Position numbers and translations under genes: made by a program
The notes under the pieces: model-generated
Databases searched by the model: none
The model's input: the letters and a program-made list of their open reading frames with translations, nothing else
Told to the model about the DNA's origin: nothing
Source: a virus
Taxonomy: Duplodnaviria; Heunggongvirae; Uroviricota; Caudoviricetes
Length of the DNA: 42,021 nucleotides
Strand: one strand, 5' to 3'
Virus record (IMG/VR): IMGVR_UViG_2703718855_000003
Location: 1-42,021 of that record
Part shown: positions 8,295 to 18,329 of the stretch, piece after piece
How the letters are laid out: each line of letters begins with the position of its first letter
Position numbering within the stretch: position 1 is the stretch's first letter

Positions 8295-9301
8295 TACACC
8301 CTCGCCCAGTTCTCAGCATATGCCTCAAATACCGTCACCCAGGCATCGCCATCGGCTGTCAGATACGAACCAATGTGTCTGACTGATTTCACAAGAAATT
8401 TCCCGGTGAACGTGGTCGAATTTTTTGCGATAACGCTGGGTACCGTTGTATTAGCCATCACAATCGACGCAGCGCCAGAATATAGCCCCTCCGGCAGTTT
8501 AACCACATCACCACATCTGATATCGCCTCTCATAGGGCATTTGAAACTGACGGTAAACGGCGCTATCCATGTCGGCTGCCCGACCAGTTCATGGGCATGA
8601 ATTGTTTTTGGCTCACCCCACTTTGCCGATGCGTTATCGTAGATTCGTATTCTGTCGGAAAGAATACTGATGGCGATTCCGCTATACCTTTCATTACGCA
8701 TCATCGCAATAGAGGCGTTTTTTACGACCATAGCCAGCGAACCAATCTCCGTATATTTGCCCGTCCACGGCTCTGGCAAAACCAGGTTGTCGCTGACTGT
8801 GCAATCAATAAGTTTATTGGGATATGCTTTTTGCAAAGCGCGGACTAAAACATCGCCCACCCTTTCCCCTGCTTCCCCCTGCCCCTCAATTGAAAAAGGT
8901 TTACCGTCATCGGTTTTGCGTATGCTTGGATTTATTACCAGGTTTAAAGTCTGGTTCGTGCCGATCCAGTTGGCATAGGCCAGATAAATTTCACCATAGA
9001 TTACCTCCCCCTGTTGATCCTTATTTGCCAGTGGTAACCCCTGAACAAAGCCTGCTTTCATACGTACCAGACAACCCTGCAAACTTACGCTTTGCTTCAG
9101 CATGTCAATTGGTAATCCATAGATCGTCAGCATCGTACCCGAACAGACTACATCCAGGCCGGTTACTTCAAAGTCAAATTCAACATGCAACCCACATCCT
9201 GGTGTTTCATTGGTATCAAAAGGTCCAATGGGTTTTCCATTGCTATCCACTGGCGGCTTGCCTGTTTTAGGATTAATAATTTCCAGTCGGTAATAACGCA
9301 T
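8294..9301 (-). CDS. Baseplate hub / tail protein (P2 gpD or Mu gpP position)
   Basis: 335 aa; start overlaps the stop of the upstream gene; assigned by position. Confidence 0.45.
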   Translation of the reverse strand: MRYYRLEIINPKTGKPPVDSNGKPIGPFDTNETPGCGLHVEFDFEVTGLDVVCSGTMLTIYGLPIDMLKQSVSLQGCLVRMKAGFVQGLPLANKDQQGEVIYGEIYLAYANWIGTNQTLNLVINPSIRKTDDGKPFSIEGQGEAGERVGDVLVRALQKAYPNKLIDCTVSDNLVLPEPWTGKYTEIGSLAMVVKNASIAMMRNERYSGIAISILSDRIRIYDNASAKWGEPKTIHAHELVGQPTWIAPFTVSFKCPMRGDIRCGDVVKLPEGLYSGAASIVMANTTVPSVIAKNSTTFTGKFLVKSVRHIGSYLTADGDAWVTVFEAYAENWARV

Positions 9302-9567
9302 TACGAAACCTCAAACTGATTCGTACTTTTGCGAAAAACAAGTTTCCCCGGTGAGCAAGGCAGCGCCAGATTGATGTCGTAACTGTCAGGTGACGCGATC
9401 AAAGGCATGTATACAATCACGTCGCCTGAACTGTCTTTCAGTTCCAGGTAGTAACGATTTGCATACAGATTAAACGGAACGCGGGCGAATGTTTCATATT
9501 CTCCGATTCTGGCCGTGAACTGAAATGGTCCTCGCCCGTCAGGTTTGAAAGGAATTAACGTTGTCAT
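9301..9567 (-). CDS. Tail protein (small)
   Basis: 88 aa, start/stop coupled to neighbours, in the tape-measure to hub interval. Confidence 0.4.
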   Translation of the reverse strand: MTTLIPFKPDGRGPFQFTARIGEYETFARVPFNLYANRYYLELKDSSGDVIVYMPLIASPDSYDINLALPCSPGKLVFRKSTNQFEVS

Positions 9568-10232
9568 AAGCCAAAACCAAACTCCTGCACGACCTGGTTC
9601 TTAATACCTGACCACGATAGCGCCCCGTCTGACGGCATCCCTTTATCAAATTTATCCAGAACGCTCGCCAGCGTTTTTACCGTTTGTTCGACAGACGACA
9701 ATGGTTGCTCAAACTCAATCTGCCAGGTGTGCTGAACCTGCTTGTTCTGCTCAGAGAAACCGGATGTATCGATAAACGACCGCATCAGACAGCGCGTGTA
9801 GATGAAAGATGGCGTCATTACGGTGTAACAACCGCCATACTGGTTATGCATATCGAGCGCCATTTTCAGCGCCGTGAATGTCATCCCCTTAGTGATGTAG
9901 CCACCGTCCTCCGTTGATGCCGGACGGATCATCTGCATGACTACCCGGTTAGGCTTCTTGACGGTCGCATTCGCTGCCGTTACCTGGTTATAGAAATTCA
10001 GGTTGCAAATATCCTGCTGAACCAACGTTGTCCCCGCCATCGGGGTAAATGCCGCCATCGAGCGTGTACGAATCTCGCCATGCAGCAGACCGTTCACAAT
10101 GCTTAGGCCTTCGGTCAAAACAGCAATCGGCATCACCCCGCCGGGAATTTTCGACGCTATGCCATCAACTAAAAGAATGGGCGATACTTCAAACGCCAGT
10201 TTGAAAGCTTGTCCAAAGTAATTAAGTGACAT
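9564..10232 (-). CDS. Tail protein (post-tape-measure)
   Basis: 222 aa, directly downstream of the tape measure gene. Confidence 0.4.
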   Translation of the reverse strand: MSLNYFGQAFKLAFEVSPILLVDGIASKIPGGVMPIAVLTEGLSIVNGLLHGEIRTRSMAAFTPMAGTTLVQQDICNLNFYNQVTAANATVKKPNRVVMQMIRPASTEDGGYITKGMTFTALKMALDMHNQYGGCYTVMTPSFIYTRCLMRSFIDTSGFSEQNKQVQHTWQIEFEQPLSSVEQTVKTLASVLDKFDKGMPSDGALSWSGIKNQVVQEFGFGL

Positions 10233-10235
10233 GGT

Positions 10236-12314
10236 TTACCCCGGTATTTGTTGCATTCCGGCGAGTTGTGCCAGTATGTCGGAACCTGGTTTTTGTTGAA
10301 CGTCGAGCCTGATTACCTGAGAAGTATTATTTGGTGAATATACGTTTCCCCGGTTCATTGCCAGCGCCCGCATCACATCATCGCCACTTACTGCACGAGC
10401 GGCGTCCCCATTTTCATGGTTAATAATGCCCTGAATTAGCTTTCTCATTATCTCAAAATTAGAACCATCGATTTTCTCCTTAACACCTAATCCGGTGTAC
10501 TGAGAGAGATAGCTTTTATAGGACGATGTGTTATTTCCATCAGATGAAGGGGCATAAATATCAATAATCTGATCAATCGTATTTTTGCCGCGTTTCAGGT
10601 ATAGCATTACCTGCCGATCTAAGGCAACAATGCCTTCCAGCATCGTCGGGAAGCTGGCAAAACGGGCATTTGGCCCCGATTCCAGGGTAGCCCCTTTTTG
10701 TCCTGCGAAATTAAGATTTCCGGGATTGTTATTCCTGATCCCTCTGGATAAATATGCAGATCTGTTTACTTGATTTGAAAATCCCTGCAATCCTCCAGGC
10801 CAGACCTTACCCGGATTGTTTTTTTGCCACTCCTGCACTTCGTTAAAATAATCAAAGTTGAAACGCCCCTCCAGCCCTTTCATTTCCTCACTGGTGGTAG
10901 GTGTGTCATTTGTAGGAATAGCCAATCCAGCTACTGTTCCGGCTGTAGCCCCAAGAAGACTTCCACCAACAACACGGGCGGCAACTCCGGTCGTTGTGGC
11001 TGCCACAGCACCAACTCTCGATGGTCCAGCAAGTACTGCGGCCCCAAAAAGCCAGGGATGTTCAACCGCAAAACCAACAAACCCGCTAAGTGCCTTAACA
11101 ACCTTTGCAACATTTTCGGCAAAATTATTCAGGTCGTTATTAAAATCCGGGCCATTTACATACTTACCAAGTTTATCCAGACCTGTTTCAACATCAGTCA
11201 AAATTCTTTTAAAGTTCTCACCGTTAAGGAAATTTAGACCAGCATTCTTTACACCATTAGATATTCTAATTAGCTGTACAGAGTTACCCGACATTACCCC
11301 CTGAAATCCGCTGGTAAGTTGATCCCAGTTATTTTCTAAGTTGCTGGTAAGATTCTGATACTGGCTTGTATGTCCAGAGGTGAGCAACGAGTCATTCTGA
11401 GAAGCTCGCGATAAAAACTCTTTGTTGAGTTCAGGTATTTTGTCCTGATATTTGACTAACTGGTTAGCAATACCAAAATTTACCCATCCAAGGCCACGAC
11501 CTCTGAGCATGCTCTGAGTAAGTCCAGTTCCCTCATACTCCTTTGCAAGAGCAGCAACTCTTTCTAACAATACAGGAAGATTTTCTGCTGCCCCTTTTTT
11601 AGGATTTATCCCTAATCCAATTAGCCCGTTGTAGGCAGGATGCTGAGTGTCATTTTGCGCGGCTGCCAGTGTATTGAGCAAATTACCAACACCGGAAAAA
11701 TAAGGCGAATAAGTGCTTTCTGCCGCCTTTAACTCTCCTGGCGTTGCCTGCAATTCATCAGCATTTTTCTGTTTCTCTACAACATTACGAGCCATCATGC
11801 CAAAGCCAAACGGCCCGGCAACACCCATAACCGCAAGTTTTGTCCCCCACGATACGGTGGTTTTAAACAGGTTGTTTAATCTCGAAGTCGTCGTCCGTAG
11901 CGTAGAATTGATCTGCTTGTAAGTTTTCAGCGTCTGTTTGGCGTTTTTCCCCAGCCCGCTGAGGTACTTATCAAACATCGTTTCGCCGCGACCTTTATAG
12001 TTGCTCACCAGCGAATCAGGTGTTTTCCCGCTGCCAACAAAGCGCCATTTTTCATCCCTTAAACGTCCATCAGTGGAAGCAGCCAGAACTGGCGCGGGTG
12101 AAGATGGTTTCCTGGGAGCCTGATTGGCTTCTCCGCCTGTGGTTGTCTGCCAAGAGCCACCTCCCGGACCGGTATTTGAAGGTATTTTAAGCGGCGTACC
12201 GGCAGGGCCAATCATCAGTCCGTTGCGATACTTTTCAAATATCGCCTCAAGCCGCCTGAGGTGTTCTTCATTAACATCCAGCGTCAGAACTGGCATCTGG
12301 TTACCAGCCATCAC
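10236..12314 (-). CDS. Tail tape measure protein
   Basis: 692 aa, largest tail ORF, Gly/Ala-rich hydrophobic central block, directly after the frameshifted chaperone pair. Confidence 0.7.
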   Translation of the reverse strand: MMAGNQMPVLTLDVNEEHLRRLEAIFEKYRNGLMIGPAGTPLKIPSNTGPGGGSWQTTTGGEANQAPRKPSSPAPVLAASTDGRLRDEKWRFVGSGKTPDSLVSNYKGRGETMFDKYLSGLGKNAKQTLKTYKQINSTLRTTTSRLNNLFKTTVSWGTKLAVMGVAGPFGFGMMARNVVEKQKNADELQATPGELKAAESTYSPYFSGVGNLLNTLAAAQNDTQHPAYNGLIGLGINPKKGAAENLPVLLERVAALAKEYEGTGLTQSMLRGRGLGWVNFGIANQLVKYQDKIPELNKEFLSRASQNDSLLTSGHTSQYQNLTSNLENNWDQLTSGFQGVMSGNSVQLIRISNGVKNAGLNFLNGENFKRILTDVETGLDKLGKYVNGPDFNNDLNNFAENVAKVVKALSGFVGFAVEHPWLFGAAVLAGPSRVGAVAATTTGVAARVVGGSLLGATAGTVAGLAIPTNDTPTTSEEMKGLEGRFNFDYFNEVQEWQKNNPGKVWPGGLQGFSNQVNRSAYLSRGIRNNNPGNLNFAGQKGATLESGPNARFASFPTMLEGIVALDRQVMLYLKRGKNTIDQIIDIYAPSSDGNNTSSYKSYLSQYTGLGVKEKIDGSNFEIMRKLIQGIINHENGDAARAVSGDDVMRALAMNRGNVYSPNNTSQVIRLDVQQKPGSDILAQLAGMQQIPG

Positions 12315-12604
12315 AATACTCCTGCGGGATTTTTGAATTTGAGCAGCTCACGAAACTGAGCTGCTGTTTTTACATTTAGGCCGGAATCTGCACAGATGTC
12401 TCTGAATCCGGCTCCGGCTGAGTAGTCGAGGATGTCGCTGATGACGTGTTCGCCGTCGCGCCAGAACTGGCGGCTGATTTCAATGTCGGCAATGAAGCGA
12501 TCCATTCCGTAAGATTCAATAACGAGCATTGAGTGCTCCATACTCCATTGACCACATCCATAGTCCCCTTCGCCTGCTCCGGTGAATTTATCGACGAGAC
12601 GCAT
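12311..12604 (-). CDS. Tail assembly chaperone, frameshift-extension ORF (T-like part)
   Basis: 97-aa ORF in the -1 frame relative to the upstream chaperone; its ATG lies 2 nt after a T8 slippery run. Confidence 0.55.
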   Translation of the reverse strand: MRLVDKFTGAGEGDYGCGQWSMEHSMLVIESYGMDRFIADIEISRQFWRDGEHVISDILDYSAGAGFRDICADSGLNVKTAAQFRELLKFKNPAGVL

Positions 12605-13005
12605 GTAAAAAAAATGAGCTCACCCGCCACTTCATCCAAATCAATGATTTCACGCTCCAGCGCCATATCGAGAGGGATTGTGTCGTAGCCTTTACCCTCC
12701 ACTGGGTAAACAAGATTTGCCAGGCGAATGACCTCATTAACAAGTGTATTACGGACCCCTTTATCACCTTCCCAGATATTAGAATCACGCGAGATCCGCT
12801 CCAGCATCAAAAAAGCGATACGCGGACCCGCAACGACGCCAAGACCTTCTGAAAAAATGGCAGAAAAAGTTTTACTCAGAATGAAGAAATGCTCTTTAAA
12901 CACCTCTTTGCTAATCGGCGTGGCATGGATCCAGCCATTATCCTTTTCTGTCCGGACAGGAATAATCAGGTTTAAATTTCGCGCGATTTTCATACCAGAT
13001 CCCAC
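12376..13005 (-). CDS. Tail assembly chaperone (G-like part)
   Basis: 209 aa between tube and tape measure; contains the slippery T TTT TTT heptamer near codon 130. Confidence 0.55.
   Translation of the reverse strand: MGSGMKIARNLNLIIPVRTEKDNGWIHATPISKEVFKEHFFILSKTFSAIFSEGLGVVAGPRIAFLMLERISRDSNIWEGDKGVRNTLVNEVIRLANLVYPVEGKGYDTIPLDMALEREIIDLDEVAGELIFFTCVSSINSPEQAKGTMDVVNGVWSTQCSLLNLTEWIASLPTLKSAASSGATANTSSATSSTTQPEPDSETSVQIPA
12607..12614 (-). other. Candidate -1 programmed ribosomal frameshift slippery site
   Basis: Plus-strand A8 (minus-sense TTTTTTTT) read in the chaperone frame as ...CTC ATT TTT TTT ACA...; a -1 slip gives TTT TTT TAC ATG CGT..., fusing into the 12311..12604 ORF. Confidence 0.5.
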
Positions 13006-13433
13006 ATTTCAGAGTTGATGTAATACGTACCAGTAATGGTGATGGCCACACCCGGCTCGCCCCCGGCGAAGGTCATATCCTGCACGTTGGTGATCGCCGT
13101 GTTATAGATATCGAAGTCACCGAACACCGTGCTGTCGCTATACACTTTTGCGTCGCCGATCGTGGCATTCTTTTCCCATTGCGTCTTGAATTGTTTTCCC
13201 AGCGCCTGGCTACGCAGCAGATGAACACGCGCCTGTAAAATCATGTATGGCTGCGGCGACTGCACGGCTCCCGTCATAGCGGGTAAAAACTCCGTGATAT
13301 TGCCCTGAAAGGACAATTCGACGCCTTCTTTTGCCAGAAAAGAGGCGGACACATTCAGTTCAGAATGGGAGGTAAATTTAACGCTGGCGCGAACCCGGTT
13401 AAGGGTGCCAACGGGGATCATTGGATTAGGCAC
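12990..13433 (-). CDS. Tail tube protein
   Basis: 147 aa immediately after the sheath gene. Confidence 0.6.
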   Translation of the reverse strand: MPNPMIPVGTLNRVRASVKFTSHSELNVSASFLAKEGVELSFQGNITEFLPAMTGAVQSPQPYMILQARVHLLRSQALGKQFKTQWEKNATIGDAKVYSDSTVFGDFDIYNTAITNVQDMTFAGGEPGVAITITGTYYINSEMWDLV

Positions 13434-13444
13434 GGTTCAGTCCC

Positions 13445-14782
13445 TCACGAAAGCTGCATTGTCACATTGATGTTAAAAATGATTTCGACAAATCCGCGCA
13501 TCGGCGTATAGGAGGCCGAAAGGCCTGCATAACGCCCGATACCGTAATCATTGGGATTAGTGTTGATATACTGGCGGAAAGGCACTGCATCGACGACAGG
13601 CTGACCGTTGACCAGGCCGTAAGATACGCCCGTATTGAACACCGCCTGTGCGACCTGCTGCAGACGGTCGATCCCGTCCTGGTTGTAGTAAAGCGGGTTA
13701 ATTGGGTTATTGCTACCGTTGATCACCGTGTTGGCGAGCTGCATATCGACATTAATCTGCACCCAGTCCACGGAATACCAGTACGTCATATCGTTACCGT
13801 CACTGGTAACGCCTTTCACCAGAATCGTGTTGGAAATTCCCCCCTCAGCCCCCGTGTCGACGTAGTTAATATTCTGCTTCGTCATCGTGACCAGAATTGA
13901 ATTTTTGCCCTTGTGGGCGTTTACCGCCTGTAGATAACGAAATGCCATCGGCGGCACCTTGTTGATTTCTGAAGGTGATGCGGAAACATAGTTCCACATT
14001 ACGGCTGCTGCCGCGTTTGTCGCCGGGTACGTATCATCCGCCGTTGCAATAACCGACTTAATACCGGCATAAGGCGAAACGTAATTCGTGTCGTCCGGCG
14101 TTTTCGTCAGCACGAAGAAATACTGCATCGCTTCGTTGGCGGTGTGGAGTTTTGCCAGACTGATAAATTCTGCGTCACCATCCCACCGCTGCGGCACCAG
14201 ATACGCATAAAACCGCAGGAGCGGATCTTCCATATAAGCTTTCAGTGCAGCGATTTCCTTACTGACCCCGCCTTTCTGTACTCCCAGCTCCAGCAGGTAA
14301 ATCCCAACTGAATTTCCCTGGGCAAAAAACGTGTTTACTGCCGTCACCAGATTTTCACTGCCGACAATGGAAAACTGCCCCAGTGTCACTGGCGAACCGG
14401 AAAGCTGAGAATCAGCAATCGTCCAGGTCAGTGTTTTTTCATCCGTGACGGTAGCAGTATATTCGCCATTCCACGCGTCGGGCGAACACCCGGAAACAAC
14501 AATTTTCACCTCAGAACTGTTTTCGCGTCGGATGTTGCTCCCTTCCGGAAGCGTCATCGTAACGGTGACGTTTGCCGCAGATTTTCCTGCGGCAGCCGCC
14601 GACAACGCAGCAATCGGATTTTTAACCAGATCGTTAATATCCTGATTGCTGGTGAGTAATACAGGCTTCCCCGGCTCATGAGTCGTGGAGCCAAACGAGA
14701 GAACCGCAGACATCTGCTGCAGATTCGAGGGTATGGCCCCGATGGTCTGGGACACATTCACCGTGACGATATTAAACCCCAT
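13445..14782 (-). CDS. Contractile tail sheath protein
   Basis: 445 aa; N-terminal region (...KPVLLTSNQDINDLVKNPIAALSAAAAGKSAANVTVTMTL...) resembles the P2 FI-type sheath N-terminus as I recall it. Confidence 0.7.
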   Translation of the reverse strand: MGFNIVTVNVSQTIGAIPSNLQQMSAVLSFGSTTHEPGKPVLLTSNQDINDLVKNPIAALSAAAAGKSAANVTVTMTLPEGSNIRRENSSEVKIVVSGCSPDAWNGEYTATVTDEKTLTWTIADSQLSGSPVTLGQFSIVGSENLVTAVNTFFAQGNSVGIYLLELGVQKGGVSKEIAALKAYMEDPLLRFYAYLVPQRWDGDAEFISLAKLHTANEAMQYFFVLTKTPDDTNYVSPYAGIKSVIATADDTYPATNAAAAVMWNYVSASPSEINKVPPMAFRYLQAVNAHKGKNSILVTMTKQNINYVDTGAEGGISNTILVKGVTSDGNDMTYWYSVDWVQINVDMQLANTVINGSNNPINPLYYNQDGIDRLQQVAQAVFNTGVSYGLVNGQPVVDAVPFRQYINTNPNDYGIGRYAGLSASYTPMRGFVEIIFNINVTMQLS

Positions 14783-15726
14783 TATTTAACCTCATATTTA
14801 CAAATGACTTTTTCAATCAACTGCCGGGATATTTCCCGGGCGGTGCTCTGGTAGTAATTCACGTCAAAATCGACAATCTTTTTCTTCGCCAGAGCGTTGA
14901 TTTCAACCTGTCCCGACTTTGCGTCCTGAACCACCGGAATATTGGTTACACCAAACTTTTCCTCCTCCAGCGCCCTGTTCACCACCGAGTCGACAAGATC
15001 CAGCGCCATTTTGTTGCTGAATCCGTAAAGCGTCAGGCGAACCGAATCCTGGACGAGCTGGAATCGCTCACCACCGAAAACAACGGGAGCCATCTGCAAA
15101 GGAATACTGTTGCGAACATCCACCGCGATATACGGAGGGCGAAGGTTCTGCGGTACCAGGTAAGACGGATACACGGTCGCGGCATCTTTCATTTGCAGCC
15201 AGATCGGGATGCTGTTGGATATGATCTGCTCGTCGCTGATATCCTCCTCGCAGTCGATAATCTGGGAACGCATGGTTGGCAAAATCGCCATGCCGCGATA
15301 ATGAAAAATACCCGACTGCTGATAGCGGCTCTCCATTCGAGAAAAAGCGAACTGGACGCCGCCGTACTCACCGAGATAGATCGCATCGGGATTTTCCACA
15401 TTAAAATCATCAACCTGCTGAACAGGCGTGAAAATAATGTTGTTCACATCCTTCGAGACAGACTCGTCCTGAATCGCAATAACCTGACGATGCAGGCTGC
15501 CTTTGATTTTCAGACGAGTTGGTGACTCAATATTCAGACGACACAGTTCATCGCAACTGATGATTTCCGCATTAACCCAATAGACAAAACCATCCAGCGG
15601 CAGAACCTGCCGGACATAGAGCCTGAACGTGATTTCCTGGTCTGACGAGATGGTTTCAACTGCGGATTTAAGAACGGACGAGAGCTGCGAACTGTGCTGT
15701 CCGGCTAATTCTTCAAGACTCGGCAT
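14782..15726 (-). CDS. Phage structural protein (head or neck; family not recognised)
   Basis: 314 aa in the head-to-tail interval; coupled to neighbours. Confidence 0.4.
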   Translation of the reverse strand: MPSLEELAGQHSSQLSSVLKSAVETISSDQEITFRLYVRQVLPLDGFVYWVNAEIISCDELCRLNIESPTRLKIKGSLHRQVIAIQDESVSKDVNNIIFTPVQQVDDFNVENPDAIYLGEYGGVQFAFSRMESRYQQSGIFHYRGMAILPTMRSQIIDCEEDISDEQIISNSIPIWLQMKDAATVYPSYLVPQNLRPPYIAVDVRNSIPLQMAPVVFGGERFQLVQDSVRLTLYGFSNKMALDLVDSVVNRALEEEKFGVTNIPVVQDAKSGQVEINALAKKKIVDFDVNYYQSTAREISRQLIEKVICKYEVK

Positions 15727-16168
15727 TGTTATCTATCCACGCTATAAAGCTGCCCTTAAACAGGCCGCCATCTATGAATGACGGGCGCCGCTCCCCGGTA
15801 TATTTGTCCTTAAGCCTTGAGTTAACACCCTGTAACGCAGCCTGGGTTGGGACCTGATTTCCGTTGATCGTCATTCCGGCCATTTCTTCGGTTTCAAGAA
15901 ATATATGGAAAATCTTCCCGGTCCCTTCCAGAAAATGCTCGCCAGGTAGCGGAGCCTTATACTTGAAGTGATTGACCAACTGGTACGCCAGTTCAGTACC
16001 TGCCTCCTGGATAATCTCGTCCTTATGCATTTCCCAGAAGTGCGTAAAAATTTCGTATCGCTCCTCGAGGTCACAGGCCACGTCAAACGTGGTTTTTCCC
16101 GGTTCGTCGCCGTAGTCATACGGCTGGTCGATAACCCCAAAACAAAGTTTCATGGCGTGTAACCCCAT
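15713..16168 (-). CDS. Phage structural protein (head completion / connector candidate)
   Basis: 151 aa, overlapping stops/starts with neighbours. Confidence 0.4.
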   Translation of the reverse strand: MGLHAMKLCFGVIDQPYDYGDEPGKTTFDVACDLEERYEIFTHFWEMHKDEIIQEAGTELAYQLVNHFKYKAPLPGEHFLEGTGKIFHIFLETEEMAGMTINGNQVPTQAALQGVNSRLKDKYTGERRPSFIDGGLFKGSFIAWIDNNAES

Positions 16169-16590
16169 ACCGTGCCCATCTGCATCAGCACCGCAACAAC
16201 CTGTCGTCCATACGGATCCTGTAACATCTGCAAATCCAGCAAAGACAGATTACTCAGCGCGTCGCTGATGGTGATCGAACCCGATGTCCCCTGGTCTGCT
16301 GCCGCGCTGACAAGCCCGGTAGCCAGTTTCCCAAGGTTGAGTTTTTTTCTCAGGTCGGCAAACCACGAGCCGGGAGCGAAATTCAGGAGAAATGAGGCGG
16401 CAGCGTTATAAACCGTTCGCACATAGATGATGGGTAAACGCTCCAGCCCCTGATCGTGAGGGATTAGCTCCATCGCAGACTGAAAGCAACATTCCAGTGT
16501 CGGATCATCGTCAGCAATAGCGTGAACCGGTACTTTCATGTCGTCACGAACAAAGCGAATAAACCCCTCCAGTGACGGACGCAGGGTCAT
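16150..16590 (-). CDS. Phage structural protein (head completion / connector candidate)
   Basis: 146 aa in late operon. Confidence 0.4.
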   Translation of the reverse strand: MTLRPSLEGFIRFVRDDMKVPVHAIADDDPTLECCFQSAMELIPHDQGLERLPIIYVRTVYNAAASFLLNFAPGSWFADLRKKLNLGKLATGLVSAAADQGTSGSITISDALSNLSLLDLQMLQDPYGRQVVAVLMQMGTVWGYTP

Positions 16591-17060
16591 TATTTTTTAA
16601 CCTTAATATTTCGCTTTGTGCTGGGCGGATTTTCCTGTTCGGTGTTAACCGCTTCCCCGGTGATTTCCATTTCAATACCACCTGGTTGAGGTTTTTCGCC
16701 ACTCTGAATCACTGCCTGATCCACTGCGTTATTCAGCGATACGGCGCTGGCTGCGAGAATTTCTTCTGACAGGGATTCCAGATTTTCCGTTTTCTGCTCC
16801 GCGCAATCCTCAATGCGACCAACGCTCACAGGTTTATCGATGGAATAGCAGATACCAGAAAAATTCTTGTCCACCTTGTCACAACGCTGGAATCCGTAAG
16901 GCTCATGCTGTCGGATGATGTGGTCGATAATATCGGACTGATTTTCGATCATATGCTGACGTCCGGACGGAATTGTCACACCGAACGACTGCGTTTTTTC
17001 GGGGAGTTTGTAGTTGAACGTGTGCGGCTGACGTGAGCAGTTAGCGATGTAGAGCTTCAT
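16590..17060 (-). CDS. Phage head-associated protein
   Basis: Track ORF 16590..17075 begins with TTG; first ATG at 17060 (MKLYIANCSRQ...). Confidence 0.4.
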   Translation of the reverse strand: MKLYIANCSRQPHTFNYKLPEKTQSFGVTIPSGRQHMIENQSDIIDHIIRQHEPYGFQRCDKVDKNFSGICYSIDKPVSVGRIEDCAEQKTENLESLSEEILAASAVSLNNAVDQAVIQSGEKPQPGGIEMEITGEAVNTEQENPPSTKRNIKVKK

Positions 17061-17071
17061 AAATTTTTCCC

Positions 17072-17098
17072 ACAAAAAAGGGGAGCATTTAGCTCCCC
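17072..17098 (-). terminator. Intrinsic terminator-like hairpin after the 398-aa head gene
   Basis: Minus-sense GGGGAGC-TAAAT-GCTCCCC followed by TTTTTTGT. Confidence 0.4.
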
Positions 17099-17117
17099 GC
17101 GTTATCAGGTTGAACGT

Positions 17118-18314
17118 TTATGCGTATTCCCGGCGTTTGTCCGGCGACTCCTCCACCAGCTCCTGCCATGTCGCGGTAAATTCACGTCGCCACTGGTAAA
17201 ACGTGGTTTTATAGTCATCAGTTATGATGTCCGGGTAATCATTTTTCAGCGACTGATAAAATTCCTCGTTCCAGGCGATGTACTGCACCAGGCGTTCGAA
17301 ATAATCCATCACAGGTTCAATCTGCTGGCGTACACCATCGATATACTGGCTGATAGCTTTCGAATCCTCAGTTCCTTCACCGAAACCATTCGAGAAAGCC
17401 TCCTCCTTGATGAGAATCGCGGGAACATCGCTACCTGATGCAATATCGGAAATAATGTTGTCGCGGGCGGCATTTAGCGCGCCATCGATGTTTTGTAAAT
17501 TCAGCGAGGTAACGTCCTCATCCTTCCCGATACTAAGCACACCTTTATTTTTTGCCTCTTTAACATTTTCCCTTTTTCGTCCCGTGGCGGCAGCCATGAT
17601 CCCGTCAAGTTTCGAACCATACTGCACAACTTTAGCCACCAGTACGCCTGCCTTCTGGCTGACGAGATCATTCGCCTCCATCGTATTGATATAGGATTTC
17701 AGGGAATAAAGAACGCGCTGAAACACGCTTCGCCCGGTGAATCCGAACGATGAACTCTGAAACTCCAGATAAATCGGTGTGCCATTGAAAATTTTCAGTG
17801 TGCGTGACGGATGCCAGTCTTTTCCGCCAATCTTCAGCTTTTTATTGGCTTCCTGGAAAAACGGGCTGTTTGGGTTCTGGTCAGTCACCATCGAACCAGA
17901 AGCGTTCAACGGGTCCCACGCGTTGATATACACATCATCTTCTGTCAGTCCGAATGTCGGAAGCGGCTCACGACATGGAACACTGTCGGTGCCCACGCCG
18001 ATCGCTGCGGCACCGTAGCAACGAGACAGAAAAAACAGATTTTTAATCTTCTCGTTAACCTTCATACGTTCCCATACCTCCTGGAAACGCCGCACAACCC
18101 GCTCGTCAGGGTCTGTCTCCACGTTGTACTGACGCGGCTTACACATCGCCATAAGTATGGGTTTTTCGACAAGTTTTCCGCCCAGAGGATGGAATTGCCA
18201 CAGCTGCTTACACAATTCATAGCCAATGTCGGTTCCCGGCTGAATTTCTTCAGCCTCAAGAATATGCATCAGTGCTGAACCGAGGCCGCCAGTAATCTCG
18301 ATCTCTGCCATCAA
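17118..18314 (-). CDS. Major head-module protein (portal or major capsid; not resolved)
   Basis: 398 aa directly downstream of the large terminase; followed by a terminator-like hairpin. Confidence 0.45.
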   Translation of the reverse strand: MMAEIEITGGLGSALMHILEAEEIQPGTDIGYELCKQLWQFHPLGGKLVEKPILMAMCKPRQYNVETDPDERVVRRFQEVWERMKVNEKIKNLFFLSRCYGAAAIGVGTDSVPCREPLPTFGLTEDDVYINAWDPLNASGSMVTDQNPNSPFFQEANKKLKIGGKDWHPSRTLKIFNGTPIYLEFQSSSFGFTGRSVFQRVLYSLKSYINTMEANDLVSQKAGVLVAKVVQYGSKLDGIMAAATGRKRENVKEAKNKGVLSIGKDEDVTSLNLQNIDGALNAARDNIISDIASGSDVPAILIKEEAFSNGFGEGTEDSKAISQYIDGVRQQIEPVMDYFERLVQYIAWNEEFYQSLKNDYPDIITDDYKTTFYQWRREFTATWQELVEESPDKRREYA

Positions 18315-18329
18315 AAATATCCTGATTTT

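Noticed and set aside
10858-11304. Plus-strand ORFs (137-148 aa) antisense to the tape measure gene
   Set aside because: Pro/Ala/Thr-rich shadow frames of a GC-rich region; no independent ribosome-binding site.
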